Shown: positions 16,091 to 25,159 of the stretch, piece by piece | Position numbering within the stretch: the first letter of the stretch is position 1 | Layout of the letters: each line of letters opens with the position of its first letter | DNA from: Candidatus Eiseniibacteriota bacterium | Lineage (GTDB): Bacteria; Eisenbacteria; RBG-16-71-46; JABDJR01; JAWXBZ01 | Direction: 5' to 3' | Assembly (NCBI GenBank): GCA_034440375.1 | Contig: JAWXBZ010000184.1 | Span: forward strand, 1-30,073 | DNA length: 30,073 nt | Position numbers and translations under genes: made by a program | The notes under the pieces: model-generated | Told to the model about the DNA's origin: nothing | What the model saw: only the letters and a program-made list of their open reading frames with translations | Databases searched by the model: none

Positions 16091-18346
16091 ATGCCACTGA
16101 CCCCCGGAACCCGCCTCGGCTCATTCGAAATCGTCGCGCCGCTCGGCGCCGGCGGCATGGGTGAGGTCTACCGTGCCCGCGATACGAAGCTGGGGCGCGA
16201 GGTCGCCATCAAGGTGCTTTCCGAGACGTTCGCCGCCAGCCCGGAGCGGCTGGGGCGCTTTCGGCGGGAGGCCCAGACGCTCGCCACGCTGAACCATCCC
16301 AACATCGCGGCCGTGTATGGGCTGGAGGATATGGATGGCGTTCCGTACCTCGTACTGGAGCTCGTGGAAGGGGAGACGCTCTCGGCCCGGCTATCGCGGG
16401 GGGCGTTGCCACCGCGCGAGACGCTCGCACTCGGAGCCCAGGTCGCCGCCGCGATCGAAGCCGCGCATGCCGGCGACATCGTTCACCGTGATCTGAAGCC
16501 TGGCAACATCATGATCACGACGGCGGGGGTGGCCAAGGTGCTCGATTTCGGCCTGGCCAAGACCAACCCGGCTCTCGCCAGTGCGTCGGACTCGTCGCAG
16601 GCGGCCACGGAGCAGCTCGGCGCCACGGTGGCGGGGATGATCCTCGGCACGGCGGCCTACATGAGCCCCGAACAGGCGCGCGGCAAGCCCGTGGATCGGC
16701 GCAGTGACGTCTGGTCGTTCGGCTGCGTTTTGTTCGAATGCCTGGCCGGGGTGCCCGCGTTCACCGGTGAGACGGTGTCGGACCTGATTGCCCGCATCCT
16801 GGAACGGGAACCGGACTGGAGCGCACTGCCGGCGGGCACGCCGCCGCGGCTGCGCGAGCTCATTCGTCGCTGCCTTCGCAAGGACATGGAGGCACGGCCG
16901 CGCGACATCCGCGACGTCCGGCTCGAGATGGGCGAGATTGCCACCGGGGGCGCAGCCAACACGGCCACGCCGGAAAAGTCGATCGCCGTCCTCCCCTTCG
17001 AGAACCTGAGCAGCGCGGATGACGAGTACTTCGCCGACGGCGTCACCGACGAGATCATGAATGCGCTGTCGCATCTCGATGGGCTCCGCGTGGCGGCGCG
17101 CACCTCCTGCTTTGCCTTCAAGGGACGGCGCGAGGATCTGCGGTCCATCGGGGAGAAGCTCGACGTGACCACCATCCTCGAGGGGACCGTGCGTCGGGCC
17201 GGCTCACGCCTGCGCATCACCGTGCAGCTGGTCAACGCCGCCGACGGCTACCAGCTCTGGTCGGAACGCTACGATCGTGAGATGACTGACGTGTTCGAGC
17301 TCCAGGAGGAGATCGCCACCACCATCGCCACCCGCCTCCGGGGAACGTTGCGCGGCGAGGCCGAGCATGGCCGGGCCCGCTCCGGCACCAAGAACCTGGA
17401 GGCCTACGAGCTGCTGCTCAAGGGGCGCGCCCTCCAGAACCGGCGGGGACGATTCATCCCCGAGGCGATCGCCTGCTTCGAGAGGGCGATCGCGCTTGAC
17501 CCGAACTATGGACAGGCCATCGCCTGGCTCTCCGACTCGTATCGCCTGAAGGGGACGTTCGGCACGGCGCCCTTCGCCGAGGTGATGCCGAAAGCCAGGC
17601 AACTGGCCGAGCGGGCGCTGGCCATCGACTCCGGACTGGTCGAGGCCTGGGCCACGCTGGCGGCGGTCGAGGAGCAGTTCGAATGGAACACGGCGCGCGC
17701 CGAAGCCATGTGGGACCGCGCGATGGCGGCCGATCCTCGGCATGCCACCTCGCGGTCCCACCGGGCCCTGTGGGGTTTCATGCGCGGCGTCATATCGGCG
17801 GAAGCGGCCATTGCCGAGTCACGTCGAGCCATCCAGGACGACCCGTTGAGCGCCTGGATCCGCGCCGTTCACTCGCACCTGCTCGGGTCCATCGGCCGCC
17901 ACGAGGAGTCGATCACCGAAGCGGAGCGGGCGATCGAACTCGACGCCGATTCGTTCATGGCGCACTGGAACCGTATGCGGGGATATGCGTGGGCCGGTCA
18001 GTATCAGCGCGCCATCGATCTCGCGCCCTCGGTGATGGGAATCTCCGGCCGCCACCACTTTGTCCTCGGCACGCTGGCCTGGGTCTACGGCAAGGCGGGG
18101 AAGCCGGAGTTGGCGAGGGCCGTGTACGACGAATTGGAGGCGCGTTCGCGCCACGAGTTTCTATCGCCCTTCTGGCTGGCCGTGGCGGCATCGTCCGCCG
18201 GACTCCCGGACCGGGCCATCGAGCAGGTGGCGCGCTGCGTGGCCGAGCGCGACCCGCTGGTCTGCTGGGGACGGGCCGTCCCGTTCTGGGAGGCGATTCG
18301 GGCCCATCCGCGATTTGCCGAGATGACGCGCGAGGTCTGGGACTGA
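16091..18346 (+). CDS. Hanks-type Ser/Thr protein kinase with TolB-like N domain and TPR repeats
   Basis: LGAGGMGEVY, VAIK, HRDLKPGN, DFGLAK and YMSPEQ, followed by SIAVLPFENLS...YFADG...LWSERYDR and TPRs. Confidence 0.95.
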   Translation: MPLTPGTRLGSFEIVAPLGAGGMGEVYRARDTKLGREVAIKVLSETFAASPERLGRFRREAQTLATLNHPNIAAVYGLEDMDGVPYLVLELVEGETLSARLSRGALPPRETLALGAQVAAAIEAAHAGDIVHRDLKPGNIMITTAGVAKVLDFGLAKTNPALASASDSSQAATEQLGATVAGMILGTAAYMSPEQARGKPVDRRSDVWSFGCVLFECLAGVPAFTGETVSDLIARILEREPDWSALPAGTPPRLRELIRRCLRKDMEARPRDIRDVRLEMGEIATGGAANTATPEKSIAVLPFENLSSADDEYFADGVTDEIMNALSHLDGLRVAARTSCFAFKGRREDLRSIGEKLDVTTILEGTVRRAGSRLRITVQLVNAADGYQLWSERYDREMTDVFELQEEIATTIATRLRGTLRGEAEHGRARSGTKNLEAYELLLKGRALQNRRGRFIPEAIACFERAIALDPNYGQAIAWLSDSYRLKGTFGTAPFAEVMPKARQLAERALAIDSGLVEAWATLAAVEEQFEWNTARAEAMWDRAMAADPRHATSRSHRALWGFMRGVISAEAAIAESRRAIQDDPLSAWIRAVHSHLLGSIGRHEESITEAERAIELDADSFMAHWNRMRGYAWAGQYQRAIDLAPSVMGISGRHHFVLGTLAWVYGKAGKPELARAVYDELEARSRHEFLSPFWLAVAASSAGLPDRAIEQVARCVAERDPLVCWGRAVPFWEAIRAHPRFAEMTREVWD

Positions 18347-18456
18347 CCGGTGGAGACAGCCAGGAGGGGGTCTCCGGCGTGCCACCCGGGGAAGACGCTG
18401 CCGAGCCAGACTCTCCACAACTCAAAGTGACAAGTTGCCTGACGGGGTCACGCTGA

Positions 18457-18474
18457 TGTACCTTTAGACGTACG
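18457..18474. promoter_or_regulatory. Candidate antitoxin operator: two GTAC-centred sites 12 bp apart overlapping the -10
   Basis: TGTACC (18457..18462) and CGTACG (18469..18474), within promoter candidate TTGCCT-18 bp-TACCTT. AGGAGG RBS follows. Confidence 0.45.
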
Positions 18475-18490
18475 TTAGGAGGTATGTTCA

Positions 18491-18772
18491 ATGGTCAAGA
18501 TCCCTGAAGTCATTCCCATCACCGACCTGCGGCAGGATGCCGCCGCCGTCCTGCGGCGAGTCCAGGGTCGCAAGCAGCCCCTGATCATCACGCAGAGGGG
18601 GCGTGCGGCTGCGGTGATGCTGAGCCTCGATGCGTACGAACGGGCCGAACACGAGCGCCAGCTACTCCTGCTGCTTGCGCGAGGGGAGCGGGAGATTGCC
18701 TCGGGCAAAGGCCATGATCTGGATGCGGTCCTGGCGGAAGCGGACGCGTTGCTGGATCAAGGGGAACGGTGA
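18491..18772 (+). CDS. Type II toxin-antitoxin antitoxin, Phd/YefM family
   Basis: IPITDLRQ...PLIITQRGRAAAVMLS, acidic C-terminus, and GTGA overlap with the toxin gene. Confidence 0.92.
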   Translation: MVKIPEVIPITDLRQDAAAVLRRVQGRKQPLIITQRGRAAAVMLSLDAYERAEHERQLLLLLARGEREIASGKGHDLDAVLAEADALLDQGER

Positions 18773-19059
18773 GGGTTCGTTTCACCCCGTCAGGACGAAC
18801 CCAGTTTCTGGAAGCAGTTGAGTACATTCGCCGGGATCGGCCCCCGGCAGCGGCAAAATTGCGAAAGCGGGCCGAGAAGATCCTGCGTCGCCTCGAGAAG
18901 TTTCCGAAGTCCGGGCGGGTCATCCCCGAATTTCCGGAACTCCCCTATCGGGAGGTCATCGCACCACCTTACCGGTTCTTTTATCGTGTCGAGGGTGAGA
19001 CCGTCTGGATCGTGGCTGTCTGGCATTCGGCCCAGCTACCGAACGCGTCCGAGGAGTAA
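18769..19059 (+). CDS. Type II toxin-antitoxin toxin, RelE/ParE family
   Basis: 96-aa basic protein with LEKFPKSGRVIPE...YREVI..PYRFFYR...IVAVWH. Confidence 0.92.
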   Translation: MRVRFTPSGRTQFLEAVEYIRRDRPPAAAKLRKRAEKILRRLEKFPKSGRVIPEFPELPYREVIAPPYRFFYRVEGETVWIVAVWHSAQLPNASEE

Positions 19060-19143
19060 AGACATCCGCGTGGGCGCCGCATCACCCGCCCATCGTCCCC
19101 GCGTGAGCGATCAACTGATCCAGCGCCTTTTCGCGGTTTCCGA

Positions 19144-19980
19144 CTATTTCACGAGGCCTTCGGGTACCCCGCCCGGAAACATCTCCTGAATCAATTGCTC
19201 GATCCTCTCCGTCCGATTGCCCGGGTCCGGATGCGTGCTCATCATCTCGGGTGGCGCCTGCCCCTGTGAGGCCTGGGCCAGCACCTCCATGACCCGCAGC
19301 ATGGAGCGAGGATCGTAGCCGGACTTGGCGGCGTATTCGACGCCGAGGCGGTCCGATTCGAGTTCGTCGTCGCGGCCGTACTTCATGTTGATCATCTGGC
19401 CAATCATCTGGGCCACGGCGGCTGTGTTACGGCTGCCGGGATCATTCGGGTCGTAGGTGGCGATGACGGCCGCGCCGGTCAGACCCTGGGTCAGCTGGGC
19501 CTTGGCCATGTGCTCGGCGCCGTGGCGGCCGACGACATGGCCGATTTCGTGGCCGAGGACGCCGGCCAGTTCGCCTTCGGTTTCGAGCTTGTTCATGAGG
19601 CCGGCAGTGATGAAGACCTGTCCGCCGGGTAGGGCGAAGGCGTTGATCATGTTCGGGTCGGCTAGGAGATGAAACTCGAACGGATAGCCGGACTGAGCGG
19701 CGGGTGAGCCGGCGACGAGCTGATTGCCGACCCGGTCGACCATGGCCTGAGCCTGCGGATCCGAGTGGAGGCCGCCATGCTGCGCGGCCATCTCCGGAGC
19801 GGCCTGCAGGCCAATGGCCACTTCCTGCTCCGCGCTCATGGAGATGTGCTGCGTTTCGCCGGTGACCGGATTCTTCTGCTGCTGGCTGAAATAGGTGATC
19901 ACCGAGATGACGACCAAAACGAGCGCGATGATCAGCCGACCACCGCCGATACCGCCGCGACCGCGGAGTGGAAAGCCCAT
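19144..19980 (-). CDS. M48 family zinc metallopeptidase
   Basis: INAFALPGG, HEIGH zinc motif, ELESDRLG and STHP, with an N-terminal membrane anchor and GGAGG RBS before ATG 19980. Confidence 0.94.
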   Translation of the reverse strand: MGFPLRGRGGIGGGRLIIALVLVVISVITYFSQQQKNPVTGETQHISMSAEQEVAIGLQAAPEMAAQHGGLHSDPQAQAMVDRVGNQLVAGSPAAQSGYPFEFHLLADPNMINAFALPGGQVFITAGLMNKLETEGELAGVLGHEIGHVVGRHGAEHMAKAQLTQGLTGAAVIATYDPNDPGSRNTAAVAQMIGQMINMKYGRDDELESDRLGVEYAAKSGYDPRSMLRVMEVLAQASQGQAPPEMMSTHPDPGNRTERIEQLIQEMFPGGVPEGLVK

Positions 19981-19990
19981 TGTTGACCTC

Positions 19991-20773
19991 CTATAAACGA
20001 TGACGGATCGCCCAAAGATCGGCGAAGATCGGGCGGAACAGACTTTTCTTGAGGAACTCGACTCCCAGGGAACCACCGGTGCCCTGCTTGTTGCCGATGG
20101 TGCGCTCGACGATCTTGACGTGCCGGTATCGCCACTCCTGTAATCCTTCGTCGAAGTCAGTCATCAGCTCAAACAGGATAGCCAACTCGGGCGATGTCTT
20201 GTAAAGCCTGAGAATCTCCTCCTGCAACCCGGGGCTGGCTACCGCAGATTCGCTGACCGGCCGGGCACGAAGATCTGCGGGGATCGAGACGCCCCGGAGT
20301 TCAAGGAACAGATAGAACTTGTCGATCAGCGATGGCTCGTTCAACCGGCGCTCGGCGGAGGCAAAGGCCTGGGACTCCGGATCGCAGAAACGGAGCATGT
20401 CCGCTCGCTTGAACCCCAGGACGTACTCGAATTCACGGAACTGGCTGGACTGGAAGCCCGATGACGTCTCCAGGCGATCGCGGAAACTGGTGAACGACAT
20501 GGGCGTCATCGTTTCAAGGATGTCGAGCTGGCCGACCAGGGTCTTCATGATCGTTCGGTTGCGTTTCAGCGTGTGGATGGCGCCGAACAGGTCGCCGGCC
20601 TCGAAATCGCGGCCGATCTTGTCCATCTCATGCAGCAGCAGCTTGAACCAGAGTTCGTAGACCTGATGGATGACGATGAACAGGAGCTCGTCGTGTTCCG
20701 CCGGCTGGGAACGGGCCTCCTGGAGGGACAACAGATCGTCCAGATTCAAGTACTGCGCGTAAGTGAGCGGCAT
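19991..20773 (-). CDS. kynA: Tryptophan 2,3-dioxygenase
   Basis: YLNLDDLLSLQ, HDELLFIVIHQVYELWFK, SGFQSSQFRE and WRYRHVKIVERTIGNKQGTGGS. Confidence 0.95.
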   Translation of the reverse strand: MPLTYAQYLNLDDLLSLQEARSQPAEHDELLFIVIHQVYELWFKLLLHEMDKIGRDFEAGDLFGAIHTLKRNRTIMKTLVGQLDILETMTPMSFTSFRDRLETSSGFQSSQFREFEYVLGFKRADMLRFCDPESQAFASAERRLNEPSLIDKFYLFLELRGVSIPADLRARPVSESAVASPGLQEEILRLYKTSPELAILFELMTDFDEGLQEWRYRHVKIVERTIGNKQGTGGSLGVEFLKKSLFRPIFADLWAIRHRL

Positions 20774-20995
20774 GTCCCTATGCTACGTGACGAACGACCG
20801 GTCGGACAGGCCCGCCGGTTGCCCTGGGCCGGCCGGGTCAATCCCCCCCAACGGTCGGGCATTTTTCTTGCACCGAATCTCCGCCGTCCCTCTATCATCC
20901 CGGAGCCGGTTGGTTTGTTGAGACCGTGCCAGACCCCGCGGCCGCAGGGACTTGATCCGACGACGAACCGACGAAGTACCCACCGGGAGCGGCTC

Positions 20996-22762
20996 ATGAC
21001 CCGAACGCGCAGGACGTCTTTTTGCACGGCCCTGCTGGTCATAATGCACGTTGTGTTTGTCGCGGCGCCTGCCCTGGCCCTGCCCCATGCCTCGGCCCTG
21101 GTCGAGGGAGAGAGCTGGGTTCGCGGCCGCACCACGATTCATGTGGTGGCCCCCGACGACCCCCGACTTCTGCGAGCCATCGCGGCCATGGATGCGGCGA
21201 AGCGCTATGGCCACCCCCGGTCGGCGCGGGAACTTACGCCGGAACTTCTCGGCCGGGGTCGGGATGCCTCCGGCCGCCGGCTTGATTCGGTTCTGGCCGG
21301 CAAATCGACACCCACGGTGACAACCCCGCTGGGGTGGGCCCCCTTCAGCGGCGCGTTCCAGATCGACGAGGCGGCGCACCTGCTGCATCGCGCCATGGTC
21401 GGTCCGCGGTACGAGGAAATGTCCGGCGTCGTGACCGGCGGCTTGAGCGCGACGCTGACCTCGTTGCTCACGCCGCGACCCCTGCCGCCGCCACCGGGCG
21501 CCTGGGTCAACGAGGCGGCGCCTGACTGGGAAAACCTGACCCAGGAGGAGCTCGATACGCTGAACGACAACTACCAGGAGCGGCAGCAGCTCATCCGGCT
21601 CTGGTGGGTCGAGCGGATAGTCAATCATCAGACGCTGAACATGACCGACGCCATGGTGCTCTTCTGGCATGATCACTTCGCCACCGGCGCCGACGCGGTT
21701 TACTACCCCATGGCCATCTACGGACAGATCGAACTGCTGCATCAGCACGCGCTGGGCAACTTCAAGACACTGGCCACCGACATGTGCACCGACCCGGCCA
21801 TGCTGATCTGGCTGAACGGCAACTACAACACGAAGTATGATCCGAACGAGAACTTCGCCCGCGAGCTTCTCGAGCTGTTCACGATGGGGGAAGGGTCAGG
21901 CTACACGCAGGAAGATGTGGAGGAGGCGGCCCGCGCCTGCACCGGCTGGCGTACCGACGGGCGTGATGTCTTTTTCGTACCCAGCTGGTACGACAATACC
22001 AACAAGACCTTTCTCGGCCAGACCGGCAACTGGGACATGGCCGACCTGATCGACATCATCGGTCAGCAACCGGCCACCGCCGAGTATCTCTGTCGGAAGC
22101 TCTACAAGTACTTTCTTGATGACGAACCAGATCCGGCTGATGTGGCGATCCTGGCCACCACGATGCGAAACAATAATTACGCGATCGGGCCCGTGCTCTC
22201 CGGGATGCTCGGGAGCAATCACTTTTTCGATCCGACATTTCGGGGCAGCCTGGTCAAGGATGTCATCGACCTTTATGGCGGCCAGGTCCGCTCGCTGCAT
22301 GCCATCGGCTTCGATCCTCTGACCACCACCAACGACTACGAACGCTACTGGATCGACTGGCAAAGCTATGACCTGGGCCAGATGTTGACCATGCCGCCAA
22401 ACGTGGCCGGCTGGCCGGGACACCACAACTGGATCAACACGGCCACGCTGCCGCTGCGCAAGGAATACAGCGGCATGATCCTGTACGGAAACATGTGGGG
22501 ATGGCCGCTCGGATTCTCGGTTGATTCCATGGCCGAAGCGAACCGCTTTTCGAACCCGAACAACGCCGGGGCGCTGATCGACGATGTGGCGCTCCTCCTG
22601 CTCGGCGGCCCGCCGACGACGGCCGTCCGCCAGGAGATGCTCGATGCACTGCTCCAGGGGTCGCAACCGAACCAGTGGTCGCTGGCCATGCCCGGCGCCG
22701 CCAATCGCATCCGTGATGTGCTGCATTTCACGATGCGGCTGCCCGACTACCAGCTGAAGTGA
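20996..22762 (+). CDS. DUF1800 domain protein with N-terminal signal-like segment
   Basis: AAHLLHRA, LFWHDHFAT, ALGNF, DPAMLIWLN, NENFARELLELFTMG and PPNVAGW. ATG 20996 follows GGGAG. Confidence 0.9.
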   Translation: MTRTRRTSFCTALLVIMHVVFVAAPALALPHASALVEGESWVRGRTTIHVVAPDDPRLLRAIAAMDAAKRYGHPRSARELTPELLGRGRDASGRRLDSVLAGKSTPTVTTPLGWAPFSGAFQIDEAAHLLHRAMVGPRYEEMSGVVTGGLSATLTSLLTPRPLPPPPGAWVNEAAPDWENLTQEELDTLNDNYQERQQLIRLWWVERIVNHQTLNMTDAMVLFWHDHFATGADAVYYPMAIYGQIELLHQHALGNFKTLATDMCTDPAMLIWLNGNYNTKYDPNENFARELLELFTMGEGSGYTQEDVEEAARACTGWRTDGRDVFFVPSWYDNTNKTFLGQTGNWDMADLIDIIGQQPATAEYLCRKLYKYFLDDEPDPADVAILATTMRNNNYAIGPVLSGMLGSNHFFDPTFRGSLVKDVIDLYGGQVRSLHAIGFDPLTTTNDYERYWIDWQSYDLGQMLTMPPNVAGWPGHHNWINTATLPLRKEYSGMILYGNMWGWPLGFSVDSMAEANRFSNPNNAGALIDDVALLLLGGPPTTAVRQEMLDALLQGSQPNQWSLAMPGAANRIRDVLHFTMRLPDYQLK

Positions 22763-22772
22763 GGTGCCCGGG

Positions 22773-24296
22773 ATGAAGCGACGCCAATTTCTGAACCGCA
22801 TGTCGGGTGTCCTTTCGGGGAGCCTGCTCGGGAAGTCGATCTGGTGGCCCCTGACGCGCGAGGCATTGGCCGGGACACCGTCGAATGACCAGCGAATCAT
22901 GGTCATGATCGTGCTGCAGGGCGGCAACGACGGATTGAATACCGTCATCCCCGTGGCGGATCCACTCTATTACTCAAAGCGGCCGACGTTGGCCGTGCCG
23001 CAGGCGTCCGCGCTCGGCGTCGGGCCGGGCGTCGGGTTGCACCCGAACCTGGCACCGCTCATGGATGTGTGGGACACCGGACGAATGGCCATCGTCCGGG
23101 ACGTGGGCTACAACGACATGAACCTCTCGCACTTCCGCGCCACCGACATCATGTTCTCGGGCTCGAGTTCGAACGGCGTCATCCAGACCGGCTGGCTTGG
23201 CCGGTGGCTGGAAGCCAACAATCCCACCTTTCCGGCAGTTTTGCCGCCGGACCCGCTGGCATTGCAGCAGGGCCTCTCCGCCGGATTGCTGCTCCAGGGC
23301 GATCGGGGCGTCACCGGCGTCGTCGTCAATGACCCCGGAAGTTTCTACTGGCTGGTAAACAGCAACTACACTGGTCCATTCAACGATGCGACCCCTGCCA
23401 CACGCGGCGGGGGGGAACTTGATTTCGTGCGGCAGATCGACCGCGCATCCTTCGAGTATGCCAATGCCATCGAAGTGGCCGCCGGCGCCGGCACCAACAA
23501 GGTGCCGTATCCGGTGAACAATGAACTGGGCGATCAGCTCAGCGTGGTGGCGCGCCTGATTGACGGTGGAATGTCGACGCCGGTTTACGTGACCAGCCTC
23601 GACGGATTCGACACCCATGCCTATCAACTCAACTCGCATCCCGAGTTGCTCTCGCAACTGGCCCAGGGCGTGGCGGCCTTCGTGGCGGATCTGCGGGCCA
23701 TGGGACGATTCCAGGACGTGCTCATCATGACCGTCAGCGAATTCGGGCGGCGGGTAGACGAGAACGGTCAGGATGGCACGGATCACGGCACATCGGCTCC
23801 CTGGTTCCTGATCTCGGACGGCATCGACGGCGGGCTGTACGGCGGCGCACCGGACCTCGGCACCCTCGACGACAACGGCAATATCGCGATGCAGTTCGAC
23901 TATCGCTCGATTTACTCGTCGGTCCTGACCGGATGGTTCGGCACCGACCCGGCCACCACGACGCAGGTCCTCCAGGGGAGCTTCCCGATGCTCCCATTCA
24001 TGACACAGGTCGGGGTGCCCGACTGGGGTGGCGCGCCGCGCACGCGACTCCTGCCGCCCACGCCAAATCCGGGGCGTGGCCCCCGGACCATCCGGTTCGA
24101 CCTGGCCCGGGCCAGCCGGGCGCGGGTGTCGGTCTTCGATGTCAGCGGCCGGATGGTCGCCATGGTGGCCGAGGGAACATGGCCGGCGGGATCGAATGAA
24201 ATCCGCTGGGAAGGGGCGGGCATCGCACCCGGCCTTTATTTCATCTCCCTTGACGCCGAGGGCGTGCGGCAGACCCAAAAGTTGATCCAGCAGTAG
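22773..24296 (+). CDS. DUF1501 domain protein with Tat signal and C-terminal FlgD/T9SS-like Ig domain
   Basis: MKRRQFL twin-arginine motif, GGNDGLNTVIP, SHFRATD, GFDTH, SEFGRRV.EN...GTDHG, and C-terminal PNP...FDVSGRMV...GLYF. Confidence 0.9.
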   Translation: MKRRQFLNRMSGVLSGSLLGKSIWWPLTREALAGTPSNDQRIMVMIVLQGGNDGLNTVIPVADPLYYSKRPTLAVPQASALGVGPGVGLHPNLAPLMDVWDTGRMAIVRDVGYNDMNLSHFRATDIMFSGSSSNGVIQTGWLGRWLEANNPTFPAVLPPDPLALQQGLSAGLLLQGDRGVTGVVVNDPGSFYWLVNSNYTGPFNDATPATRGGGELDFVRQIDRASFEYANAIEVAAGAGTNKVPYPVNNELGDQLSVVARLIDGGMSTPVYVTSLDGFDTHAYQLNSHPELLSQLAQGVAAFVADLRAMGRFQDVLIMTVSEFGRRVDENGQDGTDHGTSAPWFLISDGIDGGLYGGAPDLGTLDDNGNIAMQFDYRSIYSSVLTGWFGTDPATTTQVLQGSFPMLPFMTQVGVPDWGGAPRTRLLPPTPNPGRGPRTIRFDLARASRARVSVFDVSGRMVAMVAEGTWPAGSNEIRWEGAGIAPGLYFISLDAEGVRQTQKLIQQ

Positions 24297-24321
24297 CCGC
24301 GATGTTTCAATCGTAGTCCGG

Positions 24322-24330
24322 TGCTATAGT
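24322..24330 (+). promoter_or_regulatory. Extended -10 promoter element TGCTATAGT upstream of the PP2C gene
   Basis: TG-C-TATAGT in the intergenic region, ending 67 nt before ATG 24398. Confidence 0.45.
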
Positions 24331-24397
24331 CCTCACCCATTAGAAGTGGCTCCGATCCGAGGGGCCTCGTGCGGAAGCACCCGCCCGTGGGAGAGAG

Positions 24398-25159
24398 ATG
24401 CCCGGACAATTGCGGATCTGCGCCATCAGCGACCCAGGCAAGAAGCGCCCGGGAAATGAAGACTCATTCGAGTGGTGGCCAAGGGAGGCTGCCCTGGCCG
24501 AGGGCCGCGACACCATCCTCATGGTGTGTGACGGCATGGGTGGCGCCCAGGCCGGCGAACGCGCCAGCCATCTGGCCGTGCAGACGATCTTGAAAATATG
24601 GCGTGATGCGCCGGGCGGCGATCCCGAACTCATCTTGAAGACAGCGTTCGAGGCGGCCAACACGACCGTTCATGACGAGAGTCGCTCCGACCCGGCGCGG
24701 CGGGGGATGGGAACAACGGGCACCGCGGTCGTGATCAGCGGCACCGATCTGATCGTGGCCCATGTCGGCGACAGCCGGGCCTACCTGGCCAACGGCGAGC
24801 TGCTCACCCAGCTCACCAACGATCACTCGCTCGTGGCACACCTGGTCGAGCGGGGACAGATTACGGCGGAGGAGGCTCGCAGTGATCCCCGGCGCAACGT
24901 CGTCACCCGTTCGATCGGTGTCACGGCGGAGATCGAGGTCGACGTCCACCGGTTCGTCGATATCATGGTGCCCGGCTCGACGCTGCTGTTGTCGTCCGAC
25001 GGGCTTCACGGTGTCATTACCGACGAGGAAATCGGCCCGCTTCTTCAAATGACCGAGCTGGACCAGGCCGGCCAGAAGCTGATCGACGCCGCCAACGACA
25101 TGGGCGGGCCGGACAACATCACGGTGCTCCTGGCCCGGCGGTTGGCCAACGACGCATGA
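24398..25159 (+). CDS. PP2C-family Ser/Thr protein phosphatase (Stp1/PrpC-like)
   Basis: NEDS, VCDGMGG, GMGTT, HVGDSRAY, DHSLV, SDGL and GGPDNIT. Confidence 0.95.
   Translation: MPGQLRICAISDPGKKRPGNEDSFEWWPREAALAEGRDTILMVCDGMGGAQAGERASHLAVQTILKIWRDAPGGDPELILKTAFEAANTTVHDESRSDPARRGMGTTGTAVVISGTDLIVAHVGDSRAYLANGELLTQLTNDHSLVAHLVERGQITAEEARSDPRRNVVTRSIGVTAEIEVDVHRFVDIMVPGSTLLLSSDGLHGVITDEEIGPLLQMTELDQAGQKLIDAANDMGGPDNITVLLARRLANDA

Noticed and set aside
20573-20995. N-terminal extension of DUF1800 to 20573
   Set aside because: It overlaps kynA on the opposite strand, and ATG 20996 has an RBS followed by a signal-like segment.
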